NCBI GenBank assembly: GCA_013138675.1
Contig: WTCH01000145.1
Location: 1-45,374 of the forward strand
Length of the DNA stretch: 45,374 nucleotides
Direction: 5' to 3'
Origin: Woeseiaceae bacterium
GTDB taxonomy: Bacteria; Pseudomonadota; Gammaproteobacteria; Steroidobacterales; Woeseiaceae
Shown: positions 34,818 through 43,387 of the stretch, piece after piece
How positions within the stretch are numbered: position 1 is the stretch's first letter
Layout of the letters: each line of letters starts with the position of its first letter
Made by a program: the position numbers and the translations under genes
Notes under the pieces: generated by a model
Database searches by the model: none
What the model was told of the DNA's origin: nothing
The model's input: only the letters and a program-made list of their open reading frames with translations

Positions 34818-35786
34818 TTACGGTACTCCGACGCCGTCGAGCAGTCGCTCAATGATGGAGTTCTCGCTGACACCGTCTGCCTCGGCCTCGAAGCTCAGCA
34901 CGATGCGGTGGCGCAGCACATCCGCCGCGACGTCCTGGATATCTTCAGGGCCAACGAAATCACGACCGGCCAGCCAGGCGCGCGCACGCGCTGCCCGGTC
35001 GATACCCATGCTGGCACGCGGGCTTGCGCCGTACATGACCTGACCGTCGAGAGACTCATCGACACGGCCCGGATCGCGTGTTGAGACGACCAGGTTAACA
35101 ATGTATTCCTCGAGTTCGTCGGCGAGATGCAGGCCCAGGATGTCCTGGCGCGCCTGCATGATCGATCCCATCGCCAGCAGTTCGGGTGGCCGGAAGGCGT
35201 CCCGTTCCCCGGCTTTTGCCTCGTCCCGGTTCAATACCAGGATCCGGCGCTCGTCGGCGATGGTCGGGTAACCGACTTCGACGTGCAGCAGAAATCGATC
35301 AAGCTGCGCCTCGGGCAGTGGATACGTGCCTTCCTGCTCAATGGGGTTCTGGGTTGCCATTACCATGAACAGGTCTTCGAGCCCGTAACTCCGGTCGCCG
35401 ACCGTGATCTGGCGCTCCTCCATCGCCTCCAGCAGCGCAGACTGTACTTTGGCCGGTGCTCGGTTGATCTCATCGGCAAGAATCAGGTTGTGAAACAACG
35501 GGCCCTTGCGGAACTCGAAGGTGCCCTCCTGCGGGCGGTAAATATCGGTACCCGTCAGATCCGCCGGCAACAGGTCGGGCGTGAACTGCAGGCGATGAAA
35601 ATCTCCCTCGATACTCTCGGCGAGAACCTTGATGGCCCGGGTCTTGGCCAGTCCCGGCGCGCCTTCTACCAACAGGTGGCCATCACACAGCAAGGCGATC
35701 AGCATGCGATTAATAAGGTGTGACTGCCCGATGATCAGGCTGCTCGCATGCTCCTCAAGCTGTTGGAATTGTTCTACAACGCTCAT
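34818..35786 (-). CDS. moxR: MoxR-family AAA+ ATPase
   Basis: Walker A EGAPGLAKT, Walker B LADEINRA, then ATQNPIEQEGTYPLPEAQLDRF. ATG at 35786, one codon inside the TTG of the ORF track. Confidence 0.9.
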   Translation of the reverse strand: MSVVEQFQQLEEHASSLIIGQSHLINRMLIALLCDGHLLVEGAPGLAKTRAIKVLAESIEGDFHRLQFTPDLLPADLTGTDIYRPQEGTFEFRKGPLFHNLILADEINRAPAKVQSALLEAMEERQITVGDRSYGLEDLFMVMATQNPIEQEGTYPLPEAQLDRFLLHVEVGYPTIADERRILVLNRDEAKAGERDAFRPPELLAMGSIMQARQDILGLHLADELEEYIVNLVVSTRDPGRVDESLDGQVMYGASPRASMGIDRAARARAWLAGRDFVGPEDIQDVAADVLRHRIVLSFEAEADGVSENSIIERLLDGVGVP

Positions 35787-35924
35787 CAATTACTCCGGTC
35801 AAAAATCGGCGTGCCATTTTAGAGAGGATGCGCGGGAGAACCAACCAGTCGCTGCATTTTTTGCGAATGTTGGGCCCACTTCGGTAATAATGCTCCCTCT
35901 TTGGACTTGAACCGACCCTAACCA

Positions 35925-36530
35925 TTGCAGGAAATTCAGAATAAATGCGCTCTTGCGCGCGCTTTTGCTTTATTCCGAGGCTTATTCCTGACCGTTCTGA
36001 CGGTCCTTACGGCGTGCGGATCGGCCACGGAACCCGAATCGATTGCTGACGTCGCGCCCGAGGAGGAACCCGTCCTCCTGTGCGGCAACGAGGGTCGCCT
36101 CTGGACCGAACTGTACGGTGCGATTGCCATCGAAGTGGACTGGAACAAAAACGATCTGGAATGCGCGGGCATGCCAAGGCCTGACGGCCGGGGTGCCCGA
36201 CTGCGATTCACCGGTAAAACCGCCGACGGCGATCTGCAACTCGCTATCATCATCGCTATTCCGGACCTGGAGCGCGATGCACAGAATGGGGAGTTCAGCG
36301 TCAACGTCACGCTCATAGAAGAGGGTAACGGGCGTTTCTTCAGCACACCGGATAACAACAATTGCCTGGTTGATATTACGTCCGCGACCGCGCTCGACGA
36401 CTCGGGTGGCCGCTACTCGATTGCCGGAGAGCTTTTCTGCGTTACGCCATTGCCCGAGATCAATGGCGACTCGAGCGTGTCGGTCCCGAAAATGCTGTTT
36501 TCCGGCTTGCTCGACTGGGGCTCTTTGTGA
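35925..36530 (+). CDS. hypothetical lipoprotein
   Basis: Lipobox LTAC after a hydrophobic stretch. The only in-frame start is the TTG at 35925. I do not recognise the family. Confidence 0.5.
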   Translation: MQEIQNKCALARAFALFRGLFLTVLTVLTACGSATEPESIADVAPEEEPVLLCGNEGRLWTELYGAIAIEVDWNKNDLECAGMPRPDGRGARLRFTGKTADGDLQLAIIIAIPDLERDAQNGEFSVNVTLIEEGNGRFFSTPDNNNCLVDITSATALDDSGGRYSIAGELFCVTPLPEINGDSSVSVPKMLFSGLLDWGSL

Positions 36531-36994
36531 AGCGCTGGATTGTGGCTGCCGCGATCGGCGCTCTTGCGTGCACGGCAGTCGCCGACGAGGAACTCGACAG
36601 GCGCTTCGGCAAGGACGTCCTCATCATTGAGGCAAGCGCGCACGGCTGCCATCGCTTCGACATCTATGTCGCAGCAGACAACACGCAAAAAAGCCGTGGT
36701 CTGATGTTCGTTCGTGACCTTCCGGTGACCACGGGAATGCTTTTCATCTACAACAACGAGCCCGCCTCGATGTGGATGAAGAACACTTTCATTCCGCTGG
36801 ACATACTCTTCATCCGCAGGGATGGCACAGTGTCGTCGATCGCCCACGATACCGAACCACAGTCCTTGCGATCCATTCGTTCGATCGAGCCGATCTCGTT
36901 CGTGCTCGAACTCAATGCCGGGACGGCCGAACGCCTCGTCATTGACGATAACAGCCGCATTTACTGGGAGCCCGCTCATGGCGATGTCGAATAA
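36527..36994 (+). CDS. DUF192 domain protein (secreted)
   Basis: GTG start and a signal peptide. GMLFIY...MWMKNTFIPLDILFI...VLELNAG is the DUF192 signature. Confidence 0.75.
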   Translation: MKRWIVAAAIGALACTAVADEELDRRFGKDVLIIEASAHGCHRFDIYVAADNTQKSRGLMFVRDLPVTTGMLFIYNNEPASMWMKNTFIPLDILFIRRDGTVSSIAHDTEPQSLRSIRSIEPISFVLELNAGTAERLVIDDNSRIYWEPAHGDVE

Positions 36995-37580
36995 CCAGCG
37001 AACGGCCGCCGTATTCATCGGCGCCACTGCCCTCACCGGCATTGCTGCCGCGGCGTACCTGGCAATTGCCGGCATGGGCGACGAGAGTGTCCGACTCGTG
37101 CTACGCGTGAGTGGGCGCGTCGCGTTCGTCGTACTGCTTGTCGTGTTTGCGGCGAGGCCATTACAGCAATTGCTCAAGGCGCCGTGGACGGCCAGGTTAC
37201 TGCGCAATCGGAAGTTGCTCGGTGTCGCCTTTGCAGGCATTCACACCGCGCACCTCGGCCTTATCTTGATTCGGATGAATCAGTTGCCCGATTTTGGGGT
37301 CAGCTTTGATAAAAATCTGCCCGGGATGTTCGTCTACGCCTTCATTTTCGCGATGTTGATTACGTCGTTCGACGGCCCCGCCCGTGCCCTCGGTAAGAAA
37401 CCGTGGAAGGCGCTGCACAAGGTAGGGCTGTTTTTCCTGGTTTACGCGTTCACCCAGTCTCAGATGCCGCAATCATTTGACCAACTTGAGTTGGTAAACG
37501 GGCTACTGATCGCACTGGCGGCGGTCGCGCTCGTAATCCGAATCGCCGCGTTCCTCGCCAACCGCAAGAAACAGCTGTAG
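36978..37580 (+). CDS. polytopic membrane protein, ferric-reductase-like transmembrane domain (putative)
   Basis: Start trimmed to the ATG at 36978. About five or six TM helices with conserved-looking His residues (GIHTAH, LHKVG). The family assignment is tentative. Confidence 0.5.
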   Translation: MAMSNNQRTAAVFIGATALTGIAAAAYLAIAGMGDESVRLVLRVSGRVAFVVLLVVFAARPLQQLLKAPWTARLLRNRKLLGVAFAGIHTAHLGLILIRMNQLPDFGVSFDKNLPGMFVYAFIFAMLITSFDGPARALGKKPWKALHKVGLFFLVYAFTQSQMPQSFDQLELVNGLLIALAAVALVIRIAAFLANRKKQL

Positions 37581-37913
37581 GAGCCCGCCCCGGCGGGCGA
37601 CCAGGCTTGCCGCACAGGCCCGACACCGGGTGCGCACCCTCGCTTAACCTCGCTCGCCATCCATGGCTCGCTCAGATCGTACTCCGCTTGCTTTGGCTTC
37701 CTGCGTCGCGGCGCTACACACGACGCTCGCGCGCGCACCCGCTGCCCGGACCTCTACGATCTCCGGGGAGGCCGAGGGCGGGATCTTTGTTGCCGGTAGT
37801 AAAGCGGACCGCAGGGAGCCATACCGGCAACAAAGATCCCGGCTTCGGTCCTGTGTAGTGAAGTTGGTCGCCCGCTGGCCAGGTCCCCCTTGAGGGGAGG
37901 CGGGCTCCTACAG
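37575..37913. repeat. 339-bp element bounded by 15-bp perfect inverted repeats with GTAGGAG heads (REP doublet / MITE-like)
   Basis: ctgtaggagcccgcc (37575-37589) is the reverse complement of ggcgggctcctacag (37899-37913). An additional shared ggtcgcccgc lies just inside both ends. Confidence 0.7.
37780..37840. other. perfect 19-bp stem / 23-nt loop hairpin inside the element
   Basis: gggatctttgttgccggta (37780-37798) pairs with taccggcaacaaagatccc (37822-37840). There is no flanking T-run on either strand. Confidence 0.6.
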
Positions 37914-37924
37914 ACTAATAGATG

Positions 37925-38692
37925 TTACTTCGGTTGCATTCGGATGGCGCCATCCACGCGGATGGTTTCGCCATTGACCATTGTCGTACCGTAGATGTAC
38001 TCGACCGTAGCGGCGTATTCCTCTGGCCTGCCGAGTCGCGGCGGAAACGGCACCTGCTTGCCGAGTGATTCCTGCACTTCCTCCGGCATGCCGGCGACCA
38101 TTGGGGTCAGGAAAACGCCTGGTGCAATCGTGTTGACTCGAATACCAAAGGCGGCGAACTCTCTCGCAATGGGTAGCATCATGCCAACCACGCCGCCCTT
38201 TGATGCCGAGTAGGCAGCCTGGCCGATTTGTCCCTCGAAGGCCGCAATCGACGCCGTGCTTATGATCACACCCCGTTCACCGTCGCTGTTGGGTTCGTTG
38301 TGTTGCATGAAGGCCGCGGCTTCCTTGGTGACGTTAAAGCTGCCGATCAGGTTGACCTGGATTACCTGGTTGAAGAGTGCCGATGGCCACGGTCCGTCAC
38401 GACCCAGTGTACGACCGGCAGTTGCTATGCCCGCGCAGTTCACCGCCAGGGTAATCCCACCCATCGTTTCATTGGCCGAACTGATCGCAGCTTTGACCGA
38501 TTCCTCGCTGGACACGTCGGTATTGACGAACGCTGCCCGGTCGCCAAGTGTCGCCGCGCTGCGTTCTCCCTGCTCGTCGTTGATGTCGAGCAGGGCGACC
38601 TGGCCGCCGGCGTCGATGACGCGTTGGGCCGTTGCGAATCCGAGTCCTGATGCGCCGCCAGTGATGACGGCTTTTGCTGTAGCAAGATCCAT
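37925..38692 (-). CDS. short-chain dehydrogenase, type-2 3-hydroxyacyl-CoA dehydrogenase-like
   Basis: TGGASGLG cofactor motif and YSASKGG catalytic motif. About 255 aa, directly downstream of a thiolase gene. Confidence 0.8.
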   Translation of the reverse strand: MDLATAKAVITGGASGLGFATAQRVIDAGGQVALLDINDEQGERSAATLGDRAAFVNTDVSSEESVKAAISSANETMGGITLAVNCAGIATAGRTLGRDGPWPSALFNQVIQVNLIGSFNVTKEAAAFMQHNEPNSDGERGVIISTASIAAFEGQIGQAAYSASKGGVVGMMLPIAREFAAFGIRVNTIAPGVFLTPMVAGMPEEVQESLGKQVPFPPRLGRPEEYAATVEYIYGTTMVNGETIRVDGAIRMQPK

Positions 38693-38701
38693 AATCTTTC
38701 C

Positions 38702-39883
38702 TTAAACGAGTTCGACGCCGACAGCGACTGCTTCGCCGCCACCGATACAAAGAGAGGCAACACCGCGTTTCAGGCCGCGTGCTTTGAGTGCGTAAAGCAG
38801 CGTTGTCGTAATTCTTGCGCCGGACGCACCTATCGGATGCCCGAGAGCACAGGCGCCGCCATTCACGTTGATCTTGTCGTGATCAATGCCCACATCGCGC
38901 ATCGCCACCATCGTGACAACGGCAAACGCCTCGTTGACTTCATACAGGTCGACATTGTCGGGGCTCCAACCAAGCTTGTCATGCAGGCTCCTGATCGCCG
39001 AAACGGGGGACGTCGTGAACCAGGCCGGCTCCTGAGCAAAACTGGAGTGGCCAACAAGGACTGCAATGGGTTCGGCACCTCTTTTCTCGGCCTCCGATGC
39101 CGTCATCAAAATCAGTGCCGACGCGCCGTCGGATATCGACGACGACGTTGCCGCAGTCACGGTGCCGTCTTTGGCAAAGGCCGGGCGCAGAGTCGGAATC
39201 TTGTCGATGCTGACTGTTCCCGGCGTCTCGTCTGAATCCACCGTCACATCACCCTTGCGCGTGCTCATCGTAACCGGGGAAATTTCGTCGGCGAACGTGC
39301 CATCGGCAACAGCGGCTTGGGCGCGGCTTACTGACGCGATGGCGAACGCGTCCTGTTCCTCGCGCGTGAAGTTATATTTTTTCGCGGTCTCTTCGGCGTA
39401 GTGGCCCATCATGTGGCCTTCCCAGGGATCCTGCAGGCCGTCGTAGAACATGTGATCGAGGACCTCCTGGTGACCCATTCGATAGCCGCGCCGCGACTTG
39501 GGCAGCAGGTAAGGCGCGTTGGTCATCGACTCCAGTCCACCGGCAACGACAACAGCTGCGCTGCCTGCCTTGATCAGGTCATGGCCGAGCATGATCGTTT
39601 CCATGCCGGAGCCACACATCTTGTTCACGGTGGTGCACGCGGCGCCGACCGGGATACCCGCGTTAAGAGCAGCCTGCCTTGCCGGGGCCTGACCGAGGCC
39701 GGCCGGCAGGACACAGCCCATGAGCACCTGGTCGACATCGCTCGCGTCAACGCCGCAGTCGGTGATTGCGCCTGCAATCGCGGCGGCGCCAAGGTCCGGC
39801 GCGGTGGCTGGAGAAAGTACGCCCTGGAAGGCTCCGATCGGTGTTCGTTGTGCCGCAACGATGACAACTGGATCTGAACTCAT
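38702..39883 (-). CDS. acetyl-CoA C-acyltransferase (thiolase)
   Basis: Active-site NKMCGSG, then NVNGGACALGHPIGASG and CIGGGEA. Confidence 0.9.
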   Translation of the reverse strand: MSSDPVVIVAAQRTPIGAFQGVLSPATAPDLGAAAIAGAITDCGVDASDVDQVLMGCVLPAGLGQAPARQAALNAGIPVGAACTTVNKMCGSGMETIMLGHDLIKAGSAAVVVAGGLESMTNAPYLLPKSRRGYRMGHQEVLDHMFYDGLQDPWEGHMMGHYAEETAKKYNFTREEQDAFAIASVSRAQAAVADGTFADEISPVTMSTRKGDVTVDSDETPGTVSIDKIPTLRPAFAKDGTVTAATSSSISDGASALILMTASEAEKRGAEPIAVLVGHSSFAQEPAWFTTSPVSAIRSLHDKLGWSPDNVDLYEVNEAFAVVTMVAMRDVGIDHDKINVNGGACALGHPIGASGARITTTLLYALKARGLKRGVASLCIGGGEAVAVGVELV

Positions 39884-39886
39884 TTT

Positions 39887-40681
39887 CTAATCTCCATTAG
39901 AATTTTCGCCCGTTACTTTACACAGGTCAGGCTCATCGATCACGGCCAGGATGTGCTGCCTGGCGGTCTCCGCGAGCAACTTGTGATTATCGAATGCCGG
40001 ATCCTCGGGAAGAATAGGGGGTAATACCAAGACCCGGGGTCGCACCGGCCATGGCCAAAATCGTCCGGCCGGCATCATTTTGCGGGTTCCCAGGATGGCG
40101 ATCGGCACAACGGGCACGCTGCCGCGTATGGCGGACACGAAAGCACCGGCGCGAAAGCGCCCGATGCCGGGCTCTTTGGTAAACGTCCCTTCCGGGAAAA
40201 AGGCCAGCGAATCGCCATCTTGCGCCGCCTTGACGATCTGGCGCGCGTCCCTGGTGCTGCCGGATTGCTCATGGCGTTCCACGAATTTCGATCCGGAACG
40301 GCGCAGGAGGAAGTGCGCTACCGGTACCTTGCGCATTTCTCCCTTGATCACAAAGGAGAATCGGTAGGGCAGATAGCCCTTCAGTAGAAAGCCGTCCACG
40401 AAGCTGGCGTGGTTGGCGACGACGACGGCGTTGCCTGGGGGCAGATTTTCCAGACCCTCGATTCTGGCTGGCACGCCGCCGAGAATGAATATGGCGCGTG
40501 TCGCCAATGCTGCCAGCCGGTGTCGCAGCGGCGCATACGGCACAATTATCGTTGCAAGCAGCGCGATCGCGGCACACAGAATGAAGACCAGCCAGCCATA
40601 AAAGCCGTACAGGGTCCGCCAAATGACTGTGACGTAGGTCACTTTATGTAAATGTCCTCTGGAATATGTGACAGCGGTCAC
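39887..40681 (-). CDS. lysophospholipid (1-acyl-sn-glycerol-3-phosphate) acyltransferase family protein
   Basis: N-terminal TM helix, NHASFVD (HX4D) and FPEGT motifs. GTG start at 40681, so the exact start is uncertain. Confidence 0.75.
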   Translation of the reverse strand: MTAVTYSRGHLHKVTYVTVIWRTLYGFYGWLVFILCAAIALLATIIVPYAPLRHRLAALATRAIFILGGVPARIEGLENLPPGNAVVVANHASFVDGFLLKGYLPYRFSFVIKGEMRKVPVAHFLLRRSGSKFVERHEQSGSTRDARQIVKAAQDGDSLAFFPEGTFTKEPGIGRFRAGAFVSAIRGSVPVVPIAILGTRKMMPAGRFWPWPVRPRVLVLPPILPEDPAFDNHKLLAETARQHILAVIDEPDLCKVTGENSNGD

Positions 40682-40796
40682 GCCGGTTGCAAGATGTCCT
40701 CATCATACTCAAACCCTTGAAAAATCCGTCGCTTGGCGATTCCGGGAGGGTTGAAATCCGGCGTATGCTACCGCAAAGGATTGCGCGACTGAACAG

Positions 40797-41738
40797 ATGG
40801 GATCTATGGCCAGTAAAGAGAAAAACAAACCGCAGTCGAAGTCGTTGACCAGTTCGGAAGAGTTGGTTGACCGTTTTCTTGATGCTATTTGGATGGAACG
40901 CGGCCTTTCGCCGAATACGCTTGGCGCGTATCGAGCTGATCTGATGACACTGGCCCGGGGACTTGCAGAAAAGGACAAGTCCATCGAGACGGCCGACAAA
41001 GCGGACCTTCTTGCATTTATAGCAGGGCGTGTCGAAGGCGGCGCGAAACCGCGGTCGACGGCCAGGCAATTGTCGAGTTTCCGTCGCTTCTTCCGCTACA
41101 TCATGCGTGAAGGAATGCGAGACACCGACCCGACAGCTGATATTGAAATGCCGCGTATCGGTCGCTCTCTACCAAAGACACTGACCGAGGAAGAAGTTGA
41201 TTCCCTGCTCAATGCACCCAATACAGATGAGCCGCTCGGTCACCGCGACCGTGCAATGCTCGAGTTGTTGTACGCGACCGGATTACGTGTTTCGGAGCTG
41301 ATTAACCTCAAGCAGTCGCAGATCAACTTCAACCAGGGCGTGCTGCGCATTGTCGGCAAAGGCGATCGCGAGCGCCTGATTCCGCTGGGCGACGAATCAC
41401 AACGCTGGCTCAGGGACTTCATAGACGGCCCGCGCATGGAGATTCTGCTCGAGCGCCAGACCGACTACCTTTTCCCAACCCGACGCGGTGATCGCATGAC
41501 GCGCCAGGCGTTCTGGCACATCATCAAGCGTTACTCTGACAAAGCAGGTGTGCGCAAGAAACTGTCACCGCACAGCCTGCGTCACGCGTTTGCGACGCAC
41601 TTGCTCAATCGCGGCGCAGATCTTCGCGTTGTACAGCTACTCCTGGGGCACAGCGACCTCTCCACGACGCAAATCTATACACACGTTGCGCGTGAGCGGC
41701 TCAAAGACCTGCACGGCGAACACCACCCGCGCGGTTAG
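40797..41738 (+). CDS. xerD: site-specific tyrosine recombinase XerD
   Basis: The N-terminal FLDAIWMERGLSPNTLGAYRADL, and the catalytic residues within ATGLRVSEL, HSLRHAFATHLL and LLGHSDLSTTQIYTHV. Followed by dsbC as in enterics. An alternative ATG lies at 40806. Confidence 0.9.
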   Translation: MGSMASKEKNKPQSKSLTSSEELVDRFLDAIWMERGLSPNTLGAYRADLMTLARGLAEKDKSIETADKADLLAFIAGRVEGGAKPRSTARQLSSFRRFFRYIMREGMRDTDPTADIEMPRIGRSLPKTLTEEEVDSLLNAPNTDEPLGHRDRAMLELLYATGLRVSELINLKQSQINFNQGVLRIVGKGDRERLIPLGDESQRWLRDFIDGPRMEILLERQTDYLFPTRRGDRMTRQAFWHIIKRYSDKAGVRKKLSPHSLRHAFATHLLNRGADLRVVQLLLGHSDLSTTQIYTHVARERLKDLHGEHHPRG

Positions 41739-41826
41739 CTTTGTTACACTCTCCGCGCCGGGGAACTGGTGTGGGCTGTAACGGTCCGAGTTAGCAGGGC
41801 ACAATTGGCCTTACAGAGAAACGAAG

Positions 41827-42579
41827 ATGAGCCGCATGACCTCCAAAACCAACATTCTATTAGGCGCATTCGTTGCGACCTTCCCCATGCTTTCGTTCGC
41901 TCAGGCAGACGAGAGCAGCGCTGAGCTCGACGCAGTTCGGCAGAAGATCGGCGAGACGTTCGACATGATCGCGCCCGAGGACGTCAGTGCCAGCCCGGTC
42001 GATGGCTGGTACACGATTCACACAGGGTCGATCGTTGCCTACATCTCCGCTGACGGCCGTTACCTGTTGCAGGGCGACCTTATCGACCTCGATACCTCGG
42101 TAAACCTCAGCGAGAATGTCCGCACGGATGCGCGCCGCGAGCTGATGGCCACTGTCACCGATGACCAGACAATCCTGTTCACGCCCGAAGAGGTCAAGTA
42201 CTCGGTGTCTATTTTCACCGATGTCGACTGCACCTATTGCAGGCGCTTGCACAGCCAGATTGACCAATACCTGGAACATGGCATCCAGGTGCGTTACCTG
42301 TTGTACCCGCGCAACGGGCCCGCTTCGAGTACGTGGACTACGGCCGAGGAAGTCTGGTGTGCATCAGATCGTCAAAGTGCCCTGACCATGGCCAAACTCG
42401 ACCGCGACTTCCCAACAGCTAAGTGCGATGCATCAGCCATTCAGGATCACTACGTAATGGGACGTGATGTCGGTCTGAATGGAACGCCCGCGATCATCCT
42501 TGAGGACGGCACGCTGATTGGCGGATACCTCGCACCGGATCAGCTCATCGCTACCCTCGAGCAAAAAGCCGCCGAGTAG
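41827..42579 (+). CDS. dsbC: thiol:disulfide interchange protein DsbC
   Basis: Signal peptide, N-terminal dimerisation region, CTYC active site and GTPAI cis-Pro loop. Confidence 0.85.
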   Translation: MSRMTSKTNILLGAFVATFPMLSFAQADESSAELDAVRQKIGETFDMIAPEDVSASPVDGWYTIHTGSIVAYISADGRYLLQGDLIDLDTSVNLSENVRTDARRELMATVTDDQTILFTPEEVKYSVSIFTDVDCTYCRRLHSQIDQYLEHGIQVRYLLYPRNGPASSTWTTAEEVWCASDRQSALTMAKLDRDFPTAKCDASAIQDHYVMGRDVGLNGTPAIILEDGTLIGGYLAPDQLIATLEQKAAE

Positions 42580-42648
42580 GAGGGCCTTCAGGCCCAAATG
42601 TAGGAGGGCCTTCAGGCCCGAATGTAGCAGCGCAAGCGCAGCTCCTAC
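42576..42648. repeat. three REP-like units in 24-nt phase between convergent genes
   Basis: gtaggagggccttcaggccc occurs at 42576 and 42600. gtagcagcgcaagcgcagctcctac occupies 42624-42648. Confidence 0.85.
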
Positions 42649-43178
42649 GATTGTGCGCGCCTGAGCTCGTGTACATGCACGCCGTTGTTCCTGCCCTTGT
42701 CTTCGAAATACCTCTTTAACGCATAGTGGCCGCTGTGGAACGCGATGTCGTCCCACGGTATTTCGTCTTCGCTGAACATGGCCACTTCGAGGCTCTCTGC
42801 GCCCGGGCTGAAATCACCTTTGAGTTTTGCGGTATAGAAGAAGTGGACCTGCCCGGCGTCTATGACGTCGACGACGGCGAACAGGTGGCCGATCTCGACC
42901 TCAGCACAGGCTTCCTCGAGCGTCTCACGCATCGCGCCGCCCGCCGTTGACTCATCAAGTTCCATGAAACCTGCCGGTACCGTCCAGTAGCCGTGACGCG
43001 GCTCTATCGCTCGCTTGCACATCAGGATTTTGCCATCGCGCTCCGGAACACAACCCACGACAACAAGCGGATTCTGGTAGTGGATCTTGCCACAGGCGTC
43101 ACATACCCAGCGCTCGTGAGTATCACTATCCGGCATTTTCCGGGAGACGGTCTGTCCGCAGTCAGAGCAATAATTCAT
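42645..43178 (-). CDS. NUDIX hydrolase with N-terminal zinc ribbon
   Basis: CSDCG...CDACG ribbon. The Nudix box is GFMELDESTAGGAMRETLEEACAEV. Confidence 0.85.
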   Translation of the reverse strand: MNYCSDCGQTVSRKMPDSDTHERWVCDACGKIHYQNPLVVVGCVPERDGKILMCKRAIEPRHGYWTVPAGFMELDESTAGGAMRETLEEACAEVEIGHLFAVVDVIDAGQVHFFYTAKLKGDFSPGAESLEVAMFSEDEIPWDDIAFHSGHYALKRYFEDKGRNNGVHVHELRRAQS

Positions 43179-43198
43179 ATTGATTTCAATTCAGGAAA

Positions 43199-43285
43199 TG
43201 GTGCCGGAGGGGGGAATCGAACCCCCACTTCCTTTCGGAAACCGGATTTTGAATCCGGCGCGTCTACCAGTTCCGCCACCCCGGC
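43199..43285 (-). tRNA. tRNA-Leu (anticodon CAA), CCA encoded
   Basis: The minus strand reads GCCGGGGTGGCGGAACTGGTAGACGCGCCGGATTCAAAATCCGG-TTTCCGAAAGGAAGT-GGGGGTTCGATTCCCCCCTCCGGCACCA. 7-bp acceptor stem (one G-U pair), anticodon loop TTCAAAA, long variable arm and a T-loop TTCGATT. Confidence 0.93.
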
Positions 43286-43387
43286 ACGCGGGCAAGTATA
43301 TGCGGGGCAAGGACTTCCCGCCAGAGCGGAAAATGTTTTTCACGAATGCGACCCTTTTAGCGCAAAGGGCATCTAATATTCCGAGAT

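Noticed and set aside
36413-37240. 275-aa minus-strand ORF across the DUF192 and membrane-protein genes
   Set aside because: It has no motifs. The plus-strand genes show a clear DUF192 signature and regular TM helices.
37780-37840. The 19-bp hairpin as a retron msr/msd, an integron attC site or a terminator
   Set aside because: There is no reverse transcriptase or integron integrase in the window, and no U-tract on either side. It is kept only as an unexplained structure within the finding on the 339-bp element.
42576-42648. Possible mini CRISPR array, because of the regular 24-nt phasing
   Set aside because: There are only three units, the supposed spacers are 4 nt long, the third unit is a different sequence, and no cas genes are present. 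The same unit occurs singly elsewhere. This is a REP cluster.
40797-43285. Tyrosine recombinase near a tRNA gene as a sign of an integrated island
   Set aside because: The recombinase is a full-length XerD followed by dsbC, which is the conserved chromosomal arrangement. The genes between it and the tRNA are housekeeping. I see no direct repeat of the tRNA 3' end.
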